Positions 29,481-40,071 of a stretch of DNA of 64,000 bases are shown one piece after another. Position 1 is the first letter of the stretch. Every line of letters begins with the position of its first letter. Made by a program: the position numbers and the translations under genes. The notes beneath the pieces are model-generated. The model was given only the letters and a program-made list of their open reading frames with translations, made no database searches and was not told the origin of the DNA. Origin of the DNA: Alphaproteobacteria bacterium (lineage in GTDB: Bacteria; Pseudomonadota; Alphaproteobacteria; UBA828); NCBI GenBank assembly GCA_965237415.1, contig CBDEFM010000002.1, forward strand, positions 1,696,001 to 1,760,000, in the 5' to 3' direction.

Positions 29481-31103
29481 GTGGCGAAACGCGTGGCAGA
29501 CCCCGCGCCGCTCGACGGCCGCTACGACTACATCATCGTCGGCGCCGGCACCGCCGGCTGCGTGCTCGCAAACCGCCTCACCGAAGATCACGGTGTCAGC
29601 GTGCTCTTGCTGGAGGCCGGCCGCAGCGACGCCTACCACTGGGTCCATATTCCGGTGGGGTATCTCTACTGTATCGGCAACCCCCGCACCGACTGGATGA
29701 TGAAGACGGCGCCGGAGCCCGGCCTCAACGGGCGCAGCCTCGTCTACCCCCGCGGCAAGGTGCTGGGCGGCTGCACCTCGGTTAACGGCATGATCTACAT
29801 GCGGGGCCAGGCGGCGGACTACGATCACTGGCGCCAGCTCGGCAACCTCGGCTGGGGGTGGGACGACGTCCTGCCCTACTTCCTGAAGTCCGAAGACCAT
29901 TACGGCGGCGCGAGCCCGATGCACGGCACCGGTGGCGGCTGGAAGGTCACCACGCAACGGCTGCGCTGGGAGATCCTCGAAGCGGTGCAGGAGGGCGCGA
30001 AGGAGTTCGGCATCCAGCCCCGCGCCGACTTCAACGACGGCGACAACGAAGGCTCGGGCTTCTTCGAGGTGAACCAGTGGAAGGGCGTGCGCTGGACCAC
30101 GGCCAGGGGGTTCCTCAGGCCGGCGATGAAGCGGCCCAATCTGCGGGTGATCCTTGAGGCCGAGACCGAGCGGCTGATCCTCGAAGGCCGCGAGGTGCGC
30201 GGCCTCGTCTACCGGCACAAGGGGGCCCGCCGCGAGGCGCGCGCCGATGGCGAGGTGCTGCTGGCCGCAGGGTCGATCAACTCACCCAAGATCCTGGAGC
30301 TTTCCGGCATCGGCCAGCCCGAACGGCTCGCCGGCCTCGGCATCGACGTGGCCCACGAATGCCCCGGCGTGGGCGAGAACCTGCAGGACCACCTGCAGAT
30401 CCGCACGGTCTTCGGCGTGCAGAACGCGCGGACGCTGAACACGCTCGCGAACAGTACCTGGGGCAAGGCGGGCATCGTGCTCGAATACGCGCTCAGGCGG
30501 AGCGGCCCGATGTCGATGGCGCCGAGCCAGTTTGGCATGTTCACGAAGTCCGACCCCGCGCTCAGCACACCCGATCTGGAGTATCACGTGCAGCCGCTTT
30601 CCACCGACCGGCTCGGCGATCCGCTCCATCCCTACCCCGCCATCACGGTCTCGGTCTGCAATTTGCGCCCCGAAAGCCGGGGAACCTGCCACGTGACCAC
30701 CACCGAACTGGCGGCGCAGCCCGAGATCAAGCCGAACTACCTCTCGACTGCGCACGACCGCCACATCGCGGTCAGCTCGGTGCAGCAGGCCCGCCGGGTC
30801 ATGACGGCGGACGCGCTGAAGCCATACGCGCCGAAGGAGCTTCTTCCCGGCCCCGAGGTGCAGTCCGACGGCGACCTCGTGAAGGAGGTCGGTAACATCG
30901 CGACCACGATCTTTCACCCCGTGGGGACGTGCAAGATGGGCCAGGACGCCGACGCAGTGGTGGACGCGGACCTGCGCGTGCACGGACTGAAGGGTCTTCG
31001 GATCGTGGATGCCTCGATCATGCCCCGGATCACGTCGGGCAACACCGCGTCCCCGGTCATCATGATCGCGGAGAAAGCCGCCGACTTGATTCGCAGGCCG
31101 TAA
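29481..31103 (+). CDS. GMC-family oxidoreductase (choline dehydrogenase-like)
   Basis: DYIIVGAGTAGC, PRGKVLGG, GENLQDH, FHPVGTCKMG, GNT; GTG start approximate. Confidence 0.92.
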   Translation: MAKRVADPAPLDGRYDYIIVGAGTAGCVLANRLTEDHGVSVLLLEAGRSDAYHWVHIPVGYLYCIGNPRTDWMMKTAPEPGLNGRSLVYPRGKVLGGCTSVNGMIYMRGQAADYDHWRQLGNLGWGWDDVLPYFLKSEDHYGGASPMHGTGGGWKVTTQRLRWEILEAVQEGAKEFGIQPRADFNDGDNEGSGFFEVNQWKGVRWTTARGFLRPAMKRPNLRVILEAETERLILEGREVRGLVYRHKGARREARADGEVLLAAGSINSPKILELSGIGQPERLAGLGIDVAHECPGVGENLQDHLQIRTVFGVQNARTLNTLANSTWGKAGIVLEYALRRSGPMSMAPSQFGMFTKSDPALSTPDLEYHVQPLSTDRLGDPLHPYPAITVSVCNLRPESRGTCHVTTTELAAQPEIKPNYLSTAHDRHIAVSSVQQARRVMTADALKPYAPKELLPGPEVQSDGDLVKEVGNIATTIFHPVGTCKMGQDADAVVDADLRVHGLKGLRIVDASIMPRITSGNTASPVIMIAEKAADLIRRP

Positions 31104-31131
31104 CCGGTGGAGAGAAGCCTCGGCTAATCGT

Positions 31132-31632
31132 CTACAAGGCGGCGCCGCCGTCCAGGTTGATGGCCTGGCCGGTGACGTGAGGGGCGTTCACGAGATAGAG
31201 GGCGAGCGCGGCCATATCTTCCTCGGTCTGGGGTGTGCCCTGGGGAATGAAATGGTCGATGGCGCGCGCATAGACCTGCTCCGGTGTCTCTCCCGGTTCC
31301 GCAAAGGCATCGTTGAGATGTGTCCACATCTGCGTCCCCACGATGCCGGGGCAGATGCAGTTCACCGTGATGCCCTCGCGCGCGACCTCCTTGGCAAGCG
31401 CATTGGAGAATCCCACGACCGCGAACTTGGAGGCGCAATAGTGCGTGAGCGTCGCGGTGCCGAACTTGCCCGCGACCGACGAGATGTTGATGATCCGGCC
31501 GCCTCCGCCTTGCGCGCGCATCTGGATGACCGCCGCCTTGTTCACGAGGAACGTCCCCTTGGCGTTTACATCCATGATGTTGTCCCACTCCGCCTCGCTC
31601 ATCTCCTCGATCGGGCGGGCGGTGATGCCCCA
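31132..31632 (-). pseudogene. 5'-truncated SDR dehydrogenase
   Basis: Retains IINISS, YCASK, VNCICPG, TGQAINLDGG but lacks the TGxxxGxG and NNAG Rossmann region. Confidence 0.75.
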
Positions 31633-31732
31633 CATTGCGCTGCGCCCCGTTCCTACTCTGTCGGCCGGACAGCGCCGCGCAGACCATGACCTTGGTGAGA
31701 AATGCGGGCTAAGGTTCGGAGAAAGAGAGAAT

Positions 31733-31910
31733 GAAGTGGCCGACCGCATCTGCCGGTTCGTGAATGCAGTCGGCGACCGCGCGCGCGATCGCCGGTTGCG
31801 ACTGCGGCTTCTCGACCTTCGCCGGCTGGGTGATGGTGCCGGCGGACGTGGCGTGGAAGAAGATGCAGATGCTCACGGACGGCGCCTGCCGGGCAAGCGA
31901 TCGCCTCTAG
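31733..31910 (+). pseudogene. C-terminal remnant of a cobalamin-independent methionine synthase II (MetE-like) gene, frameshifted
   Basis: EVADRICRFVNAVGDRAR then frameshift to IAGCDCGFSTFAGWVMVPADVAWKKMQMLTDGACRASDRL*. Confidence 0.7.
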
Positions 31911-32013
31911 TGAACACGCGACGCTCGAATCGGGCCGGGTAGCCGATGGACGCGAGAGTGCTCGAACCATAGATTGGCGGCTTGGCGGAGACGGCCGACA
32001 GGGAGATTGGCTG

Positions 32014-32970
32014 ATGAGCGGATCGGACAGGGCGGTCAGCGTGCGCACCATTCACGCCGGCCATCAGCACATGACCTGGGACAATGCCCGCGAGCCGGCG
32101 GCGACCGTTGCGCCGGGGGAGACCGTTGCGTTCGCGGAGGTCGACGCAGTGTGCGGCCAGATCGCGCCCGATTCCGGCGTGGAGGCGATCGCCAATCTCG
32201 ACTTCGACCGGGTCAACCCCATCGCCGGGCCGATCTACGTCGACGGTGCAGAGCCCGGCGACACCATCAAGGCGACCCTGGTCGACCTCACGCCGTCGGG
32301 CTGGGCATGGACCGCTATCGTCCCGGGCTTCGGCCTGCTGGCGGAGGATTTTCCGGAGCCTTCGCTCCACATCTGGTCCTACGACACGAGCTTCCGCACG
32401 CCTGCGGCCTATTCCAGCATCGCACGCGTGCCGCTCAAACCCTTCTGCGGCACGATCGGCCTCGCCCGCGCGGAACCCGGTGGATTCAGCACCGTCCCGC
32501 CCTATGAGAGCGGCGGCAACATGGACATCCGCGACCTCACCATCGGCGTCGATCTCTATCTGCCGGTGCAGGTTCCGGGCGGGCTCTTCTCCATCGGCGA
32601 CCCGCATTGCGCCCAGGGCGATGGCGAGGTCTGCGGCACGGCGATCGAATCGCCGATGGCGCCGGCGGTCCGGCTCGACCTGATCAAGGGGGAGGGGTTG
32701 CGCTTCCCGCGCTTCGAGACGCCGGGCCCGGTCTCGCGCCATCTCGATGCCAGGGGCTACGAGGTCACCACGGGGATCGGCCCGGACCTGATGGAGGCAG
32801 CGCAGAACGCGGTGCGCGGCATGATCGACCGGCTCGGCGCCTCGCGCGGAATGGCGGCAGCCGACGCCTACATGCTGTGCAGCGTCTGCGCCGATCTGCG
32901 CATCAGCGAGATCGTCGACCGGCCCAACTGGGTCGTCTCCTGCTACCTGCCGCGCATCGTGTTCGAGTAA
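32014..32970 (+). CDS. Acetamidase/formamidase family protein
   Basis: GPIYVDGAEPGD, GGNMD, GDPHCAQGDGEVCGTAIE. Confidence 0.92.
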   Translation: MSGSDRAVSVRTIHAGHQHMTWDNAREPAATVAPGETVAFAEVDAVCGQIAPDSGVEAIANLDFDRVNPIAGPIYVDGAEPGDTIKATLVDLTPSGWAWTAIVPGFGLLAEDFPEPSLHIWSYDTSFRTPAAYSSIARVPLKPFCGTIGLARAEPGGFSTVPPYESGGNMDIRDLTIGVDLYLPVQVPGGLFSIGDPHCAQGDGEVCGTAIESPMAPAVRLDLIKGEGLRFPRFETPGPVSRHLDARGYEVTTGIGPDLMEAAQNAVRGMIDRLGASRGMAAADAYMLCSVCADLRISEIVDRPNWVVSCYLPRIVFE

Positions 32971-32980
32971 GCCGAAGCTA

Positions 32981-33412
<432 letters not shown>

Positions 33413-33573
33413 TTAGATCCTCTGCCCACACATAGGCGCAGTCTGGCCGTTTTCGGTCGCAATTCCGATAGTGCAGCGAACGCCGCGCGCCCACCCTTTC
33501 CCGAAGGGTGCGGCCGCGGGCAAACAACGATAGATTCCCAGCCATGGCAGCAGGTTCAGACGGCGGCGAAACC

Positions 33574-35109
33574 ATGACGAAGCGAGGCGGTCGCCGGGGC
33601 GGCGGGCGGGCGGCACGGCACGCGGAGCGGGTCGGCGGCAAGATCGAGCTTCTGCGTTACATCACACGCAACATTCCCTCGGTCGACCTCCTCAGCGATG
33701 AGGGGCTGGCGCTGATCGAGGAGAACGCGGAAACGATCCTCGAGGAGATCGGGATCGACTTCCGCGAGGATGCGGAGGCGCTCGAGCTCTTCAAGGATGC
33801 CGGCGCCGATATCGACGGTGAGCGGGTGCGCTTCCCGCGCGGGCTCGCGCGTCACCTGGTGTCGACCGCGCCTGCTTCCTTCACGCAGCTCGCACGCAAT
33901 CCCGAGCGATCGGTCGAGATGGGCGGCCGCAATCTCGTCTTCGCGCCGGTCTATGGCCCGCCCTTCATCTACGACATCGAGAAGGGGCGCCGCTACGCCC
34001 AGCTCGAAGACTTCGAGAACATCGTCAAGCTCGCCTACATGACGCCCTCGATGCACCACTCCGGCGGCACGGTGTGCGAGCCGGTCGACGTTCCGGTCAA
34101 CAAGCGCCATCTCGACATGGTCTACGCGCACATGCGCTATTCCGACAAGCCGTTCATGGGGTCGGTCACGCACCCCGAGCGCGCGGCGGATTCGGTCGAG
34201 ATGGCGAAGATCCTCTTCGGCGCAGACGTCGTCGATACCCAGACCGTGATGGTCAGCCTGATCAACGCCAACTCGCCGATGACCTTCGATGCCACCATGC
34301 TGGGTGCGCTCAAGGTCTATGCCCGTGCCAACCAGGGCAACCTCGTCACGCCGTTCATCCTGGCGGGCGCGATGGCGCCGGTCTCCCTTGCCGGCACGAT
34401 GGCGCAAACGCTGGCGGAGGCCCTGGCGGGCATGGCGCTCGTCCAGCTCTGCCGGCCGGGGGCGCCGGTCATCTTCGGCAGCTTCCTCAGCTCGATGTCG
34501 ATGCAGACCGGCGCACCGACCTTCGGCACGCCCGAGGCCACGCTCGCCATCTTCGGCCTCGCGGCGCTGGCCCGCCGGCTCGGCGTCCCGTTTCGCAGCG
34601 GCGGCTCGCTCACCGCATCGAAGTTGCCCGACGCGCAAGCGGCTTATGAAAGCGCCCAGACGCTATTGCCGACCGTACTGGCGGGCGCCAACTTCGTTCT
34701 CCATGGCGCCGGCTGGCTCGAAGGCGGACTGGCCAGCGGCTACGAGAAGTTCATCCTCGATGCGGACCAGATGGGCATGATGCAGGTCCTGGCGCGCGGC
34801 TACGACCTGTCCGCCAACGGCCAGGCGATGGACGCGATCAGAGAGGTCGGCCCGGGCAGCCACTATCTCGGCTGCAGCCATACGCAGGCGAATTTCGAGA
34901 CCGCCTTCTACCGCTCCGCTGTCGCCGACAATTCGAGCTACGAGCAGTGGCAGGCCGACGGCTCCAAGGATGCGACCGCGCGGGCACACGATATCTACAA
35001 GTCGATGCTGGCCAGCTACGAGGCGCCGCCCATCGACCCTGGGGTGGATGAGGCGCTCAAGGAGTTCATCGCCAAGAAGAAAGCGTCGATGCCCGACGCC
35101 TTCGCCTAG
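33574..35109 (+). CDS. Trimethylamine methyltransferase (MttB) family corrinoid methyltransferase, non-pyrrolysine type
   Basis: FAPVYGPPF, GGTVCEP.D, INANSP, GAPTFGTPE, DAQAAYES, LHGAGWLEGGL; no in-frame TAG. Confidence 0.92.
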   Translation: MTKRGGRRGGGRAARHAERVGGKIELLRYITRNIPSVDLLSDEGLALIEENAETILEEIGIDFREDAEALELFKDAGADIDGERVRFPRGLARHLVSTAPASFTQLARNPERSVEMGGRNLVFAPVYGPPFIYDIEKGRRYAQLEDFENIVKLAYMTPSMHHSGGTVCEPVDVPVNKRHLDMVYAHMRYSDKPFMGSVTHPERAADSVEMAKILFGADVVDTQTVMVSLINANSPMTFDATMLGALKVYARANQGNLVTPFILAGAMAPVSLAGTMAQTLAEALAGMALVQLCRPGAPVIFGSFLSSMSMQTGAPTFGTPEATLAIFGLAALARRLGVPFRSGGSLTASKLPDAQAAYESAQTLLPTVLAGANFVLHGAGWLEGGLASGYEKFILDADQMGMMQVLARGYDLSANGQAMDAIREVGPGSHYLGCSHTQANFETAFYRSAVADNSSYEQWQADGSKDATARAHDIYKSMLASYEAPPIDPGVDEALKEFIAKKKASMPDAFA

Positions 35110-35124
35110 TACGGTCCGGCCGGG

Positions 35125-35476
35125 CCCCCGGACCATGGTGCGGTGCAGGATGCGGGGCTTCTGCGCCAGGATCGCGCCATGCGTCGATTATTTTCCCGCG
35201 CGCGTATCCGCGCATCTTGCTCCCGCGCACGTAGCCGATCAGTTTGCCGCGCGCGTATCCGCGCGACGCAGTGCACGAACGAGCGAGCCGAGCCGGGCGC
35301 GATAGTCCGCAATTCTCACCAGGGTCGCGCCCCGCGCCTGGGGGGCGCGTCCCTTGATTCCGCGCGCACGACCCTGCGGGCGTGCGCGACATCCCACTCA
35401 TCCCACTTAATCCCGCTTAATCCCGGACAAGAATTTGTGTCTCGCCCGACGTGGAGGGGCAGAACCGGGCCGCGAC
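35125..35476 (+). repeat. Dispersed element copy 1 (palindromic box, short ORF, ATCCC decamer array)
   Basis: 5' box and 3' array shared with 44865-45625 and 49636-49938; 20-bp exact match ACCCTGCGGGCGTGCGCGAC (35371-35390 = 49762-49781). Confidence 0.85.
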
Positions 35477-35505
35477 CGTGGCGGGGGGATCGGCGTCAGG
35501 ACTGA
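35179..35505 (+). CDS. Putative element-borne small Arg-rich ORF (108 aa)
   Basis: ATG 46 bp after the CCATGG box, as in the other copies; reads in frame through TLRACAT and SHLIPLNPG. Confidence 0.35.
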   Translation: MRRLFSRARIRASCSRARSRSVCRARIRATQCTNERAEPGAIVRNSHQGRAPRLGGASLDSARTTLRACATSHSSHLIPLNPGQEFVSRPTWRGRTGPRPWRGDRRQD

Positions 35506-37502
35506 CGGCGGCGGCGATTGCGGCGGCGGGCAGCCGATGGCGCTGCCGTCTCTGCATCGGGCAGCGTGACGTGCTGCGGCAGATGGACGTACGCCGCCGT
35601 GCCGTGGGGAATCGCCATGGCATCGACGAAGTGACGCTGGAACGCGGGCTCGACGGCGGTCTCTACTTTCTCGATGGCACGCACCACGGTCTCGATCTCG
35701 TCGCGGGCCGCGCAATCGAGCAGGGCGATCAGCGCGCCCGTGCCCGCGGCGTTGCCCGCAGCAGACACCTTGTCGAGCGGGCAATCCGGGATCATGCCGA
35801 GGACCATGGCGTAGAGCGGGTCGATATGGCTGCCGAAGGCGCCGGTCAGCACGATCCGGTCGACCGTCGCGATCTCGAAGCGGTCCATGAGCAGCCTGGC
35901 GCCGGCCATGAGCGCCGCCTTGGCGAGCTGGATGGCGCGCACGTCGTTCTGATGGACGGAGATCGCAGGCTCGCCGGGGTAGAGCAGATAGCGGAAGGTC
36001 CGCCCCTCCTCCACGATACGCGCGGTGCGTGCCTGGGCACTGCCGGCGATCGTTCCGTCGGCGAGCAGGATGCCGGCGAGGTACATCTCGGCCAGCGCCT
36101 CGATGATCCCCGAGCCGCAGATGCCGGTGACGCCGGTGGCGGCGGTGGCCGCGGCGAACCCCTCCTCGTCGGACCAGAGGTCGCAACCTATCACCCTGAC
36201 CCTGGCCTCCAGCGTGTCCCGGTCGATACGCACCCGCTCGATCGCGCCGGGTGCCGCGCGCTGGCCGGCTTCGATCTGCGCGCCCTCGAAGGCCGGGCCG
36301 GTGGGCGACGACGCGGCCAGCAGCCGCTCCCTGTTGCCGAGCACGATCTCGGCATTGGTGCCGACATCGACGATCAACACCGTCTCCTCGGCCCGGTGCG
36401 GGGCTTCGGACAGAACGACGCCCGCCGCGTCGGCCCCCACGTGGCCGGCGACGCAGGGCAGCACGTAGACCCGCGCGCCGGCGTTGATATCGAGGTCGAT
36501 GTCGCCAGCCCTCAGCGTCAGCCCGTCCGACCGCGCGAGCGCGAAGGGGGCACCGCCCAGCTCGGTCGGGTCGATGCCGAGCAACAGGTGGTGCATGATC
36601 GGATTGCCGACGAAGGTCGCGTTCAGGATGTCGCCCCGCTCTGCGCCCGCCTCGTCCGCGACCTCGCCGATCAGCGCGTTTATCGCGCCACGCACGGCCT
36701 CGGTGAGCTCGGCCTCGCCGCCGGGGTTCATCATCACGTAGGAGACGCGGCTCATGAGGTCCTCGCCAAAGCGGATCTGAGGATTCATGCGCCCGGCGGA
36801 GGCCACGACCTCACCGCTCGAAAGCTCCGCCAGGTGGCAGGCGATGGTGGTCGAGCCGATGTCGAAGGCGGCGCCGAAGGCCCGGTCGCGGAAGCCGGGC
36901 CAGACGGCGACGATGCGCGTAGCCCCATGGACGGCGACCGTTACCGACCACTCGCCATCGCGAAGCGCGCGCTGGAGGCCTTGCAGGACGTGCAGGTCGC
37001 AGGCGAGATCGCTGAGCTCCCATTGGTCGCTGAGCGCATCGGCGAGGCGCTCGAAGTCGCCGCGCGGATTGTGCATGTCGGGCTCGGCGACCTCGACATA
37101 GTGCAGTCGGACGGCGGGATCGATGGTGAAGTCGCGCGCTTCGGCCCGCTTGCGCACGACCTGCTTGTGGACCTGGCTCTCGGGCGGCACGTCGATGACG
37201 AGGTCGCCCTGGATGAGCGCCGAGCAGCCCAGCCGGCGGCCCTCGGCGAGGGTGCGGCGGGAGGCATAGCGCGCCTCCTTCTCACCTGGCGGGCTCAGAT
37301 GGTCTGGCGCGCTCTCGATCCCGAACTTGGCGAAGTGGCCCGTGCCCGCCTCGACCTGACAGCGGCCGCAGAGGCCCCGGCCCCCGCACACCGAATCGAG
37401 ATCGACGCCGATGGAGCGGGCGGCATCGAGAACCGACGTGCCAATCGCGAACCGCCCGCGCTTGCCGGACGGGGTGAAGACGACGAACGCGGGTTCGGTC
37501 AT
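35496..37502 (-). CDS. ASKHA-domain reductive activator of corrinoid proteins (RACo/DUF4445) with 2Fe-2S domain
   Basis: CGGRGLCGRC, DIGSTT, VGNPIMHHL, GHVGAD, DVGTNAE, GPAFEG, GICGSG, GNAAG. Confidence 0.92.
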   Translation of the reverse strand: MTEPAFVVFTPSGKRGRFAIGTSVLDAARSIGVDLDSVCGGRGLCGRCQVEAGTGHFAKFGIESAPDHLSPPGEKEARYASRRTLAEGRRLGCSALIQGDLVIDVPPESQVHKQVVRKRAEARDFTIDPAVRLHYVEVAEPDMHNPRGDFERLADALSDQWELSDLACDLHVLQGLQRALRDGEWSVTVAVHGATRIVAVWPGFRDRAFGAAFDIGSTTIACHLAELSSGEVVASAGRMNPQIRFGEDLMSRVSYVMMNPGGEAELTEAVRGAINALIGEVADEAGAERGDILNATFVGNPIMHHLLLGIDPTELGGAPFALARSDGLTLRAGDIDLDINAGARVYVLPCVAGHVGADAAGVVLSEAPHRAEETVLIVDVGTNAEIVLGNRERLLAASSPTGPAFEGAQIEAGQRAAPGAIERVRIDRDTLEARVRVIGCDLWSDEEGFAAATAATGVTGICGSGIIEALAEMYLAGILLADGTIAGSAQARTARIVEEGRTFRYLLYPGEPAISVHQNDVRAIQLAKAALMAGARLLMDRFEIATVDRIVLTGAFGSHIDPLYAMVLGMIPDCPLDKVSAAGNAAGTGALIALLDCAARDEIETVVRAIEKVETAVEPAFQRHFVDAMAIPHGTAAYVHLPQHVTLPDAETAAPSAARRRNRRRRQS

Positions 37503-37506
37503 GCCG

Positions 37507-38430
37507 TCACGCGCTGACGGCGGCGCCCTCCCGCCGGCGCCGGCGCCCCTCGCGCCGGCCGCGCCTGCCCTCGCCGCCCTCGCCCACCGGCTCGCGGAAG
37601 CGGGTGAGCCAGCGCGCGCAGTCGGGATCGTTGCCGTTCATCATGTCGGCGGCCATGACGGCGGCGATCTCCGCCTCGTGCAGCGGGTTCATGATGGCGG
37701 ATGTCAGACCCGAGCGCGCCGCCATACTGAGGAACGCCGCGTTCACGCTCGGCCGGTTGGGCAGCCCGAAGCCAACGTTCGACGCGCCGCAGGTCGAGTT
37801 CACGCCGAGCTCCTCCTTGAGCCGGCGCATGATGGCGAAGGCCTGCACGCCCGCCGTGTTGATCGCACCGATCGGCATGACCAGCGGATCGACCACCACG
37901 TCCTCCTTGGGGATGCCGTGGTCCATGGCGCGTTCGACGATCTTCCTGGCGATCCCGAAGCGGACGTCCGGGTCTTCCGAGATGCCGGTCTCGTCATTGG
38001 AGATGGCGACGACGGCGCAGCCGTACTTCTTCACCAGCGGCAGCACGGATTCCAGCCGTTCCTCCTCGGCGGTGACCGAGTTGAGCAGCGGCTTGCCTTG
38101 ATAGACCGCGAGCCCGGCCTCGAGGGCCGCCACGATCGAGCTGTCGATGGAGAGCGGCAGGTCCACCAGCGACTGCACGAGCTGGATGCAATCGGCGAGG
38201 ATTTTGGGCTCGTCGGCGAGCGGCACGCCCGCGTTGACATCGAGCATGTGCGCGCCGGCCGCGACCTGTGCCAGCGTGTCCCTTTCCACCCGCGAATAGT
38301 CGCCCGCCGCCATCTCGGCCATCAGCAGCTTGCGGCCGGTGGGATTGATCCGCTCCCCGATGATGCAGAAGGGCTCGTCGAAGCCGATCACCACCTCCTT
38401 CGTGGCGGAACTGACGACGGTGCGGGTCAT
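37507..38430 (-). CDS. Pterin-binding methyltetrahydrofolate:corrinoid methyltransferase module
   Basis: IIGERINPTGRK, LDVNAG, LSIDSS, DPLVMP, GASNVGFGLP. Confidence 0.92.
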   Translation of the reverse strand: MTRTVVSSATKEVVIGFDEPFCIIGERINPTGRKLLMAEMAAGDYSRVERDTLAQVAAGAHMLDVNAGVPLADEPKILADCIQLVQSLVDLPLSIDSSIVAALEAGLAVYQGKPLLNSVTAEEERLESVLPLVKKYGCAVVAISNDETGISEDPDVRFGIARKIVERAMDHGIPKEDVVVDPLVMPIGAINTAGVQAFAIMRRLKEELGVNSTCGASNVGFGLPNRPSVNAAFLSMAARSGLTSAIMNPLHEAEIAAVMAADMMNGNDPDCARWLTRFREPVGEGGEGRRGRREGRRRRREGAAVSA

Positions 38431-39113
38431 GGCGCCTCTCGGTTCTCGCCGGCGGCGGCGGCGGCCTCGATGAAGTCCGCCAGCTCGCCATAGCCGACAT
38501 GACGATGGACATAGTTGAGCCCCAACCGTTCGGCCGCCACGCGGGCCTTGGCTTCGAGCGCCGCGTCGCGGACCTGGGAGATGTAGACGACGTTCGTGTA
38601 GTTGCCGAAATAGTCGTCCCGCAGCTCGGGCCAGCGGTCGAGGCCTAAGCCCTCGATGATCAGCCGGTCGAAGTGGCGCACCATGTAGTCGGTCAGGAAG
38701 AACTGGGTCGGGTCGTCGTCGGTGATGGCGGCGAACGCGTCCTGCCCGGTGTAGAAGGCGTAGCAGTGCGGCCCCTCGATGCGCTCCACACCCTCTTCCT
38801 CGATCACCTTGTCGAGCAGGCCGCCGGTGCCGCAATCGCCGTAGGCCACGAAGATGGCGCGATAGTCGCCCTTATTGGCCTGGATCTTCGCGCGCACCGC
38901 CTCCGGGATCAGGTGCGGCCGGTTATGCAGCTTGGCGGGCAGGCAGGTGATGTCGATGTGTTCGAAGCCATTGGCCGCGCGGAAGTCGACGATCTCGCGC
39001 GCCAAGGCCCCGCAGGCGATGACGAGGGCACGGGCCGGGCCGGCACTCGCGAATGCGGCCTCGTCGTCGACCGAGAGGTCGGCGTGCTCGGGCGGCGCCA
39101 TCCGGGCTGTCAT
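38427..39113 (-). CDS. DUF1638 domain protein
   Basis: IACGALARE, LPAKLHNRP, YGDCGTGG, GPHCY, FFLTDY. Confidence 0.85.
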   Translation of the reverse strand: MTARMAPPEHADLSVDDEAAFASAGPARALVIACGALAREIVDFRAANGFEHIDITCLPAKLHNRPHLIPEAVRAKIQANKGDYRAIFVAYGDCGTGGLLDKVIEEEGVERIEGPHCYAFYTGQDAFAAITDDDPTQFFLTDYMVRHFDRLIIEGLGLDRWPELRDDYFGNYTNVVYISQVRDAALEAKARVAAERLGLNYVHRHVGYGELADFIEAAAAAGENREAP

Positions 39114-39122
39114 AGGCAGGGC

Positions 39123-39833
<711 letters not shown>

Positions 39834-39973
39834 CGGTCCCCGTCCTGTCCCGCTCGTGCCTGCGCTGGATACCGAGAGAAGCGTGCGCTCGCCCCCGGCA
39901 CAGCCCGTCTTCCTGGGTCTCGGCTCAACGCCCGAACCCACTTGTCTATTCAATTACAGGCGCGTCTCAAGAC

Positions 39974-40010
39974 TGTTCCAGACTCGACGCCGGCTTGCCG
40001 GTTCACGACA
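39974..40010 (-). promoter_or_regulatory. Putative AraC/GbdR-type tandem operator upstream of the corrinoid operon
   Basis: Minus strand TGTCGtgaaccGGCAAgccggCGTCGagtctGGAAC: two GTCG half-sites 21 bp apart, next to a GlxA-type regulator gene. Confidence 0.4.
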
Positions 40011-40071
40011 AAGCGTCCGCTGTCGCCAGGCACGGCTGTCGGTCGCGCTTCGTCGCGGGTGGGAAGACGCG

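Noticed and set aside
33574-35109. Pyrrolysine recoding in MttB
   Set aside because: The ORF is full length with no in-frame amber codon; its TAG is at the natural C-terminus.
35391-35424. Decamer arrays (also 45521-45580 and 49886-49927) as CRISPR
   Set aside because: Units are 9-10 bp and contiguous, with no unique spacers and no cas genes.
39834-40071. Cobalamin riboswitch upstream of the corrinoid operon
   Set aside because: No recognisable B12-box or conserved core could be found by eye.
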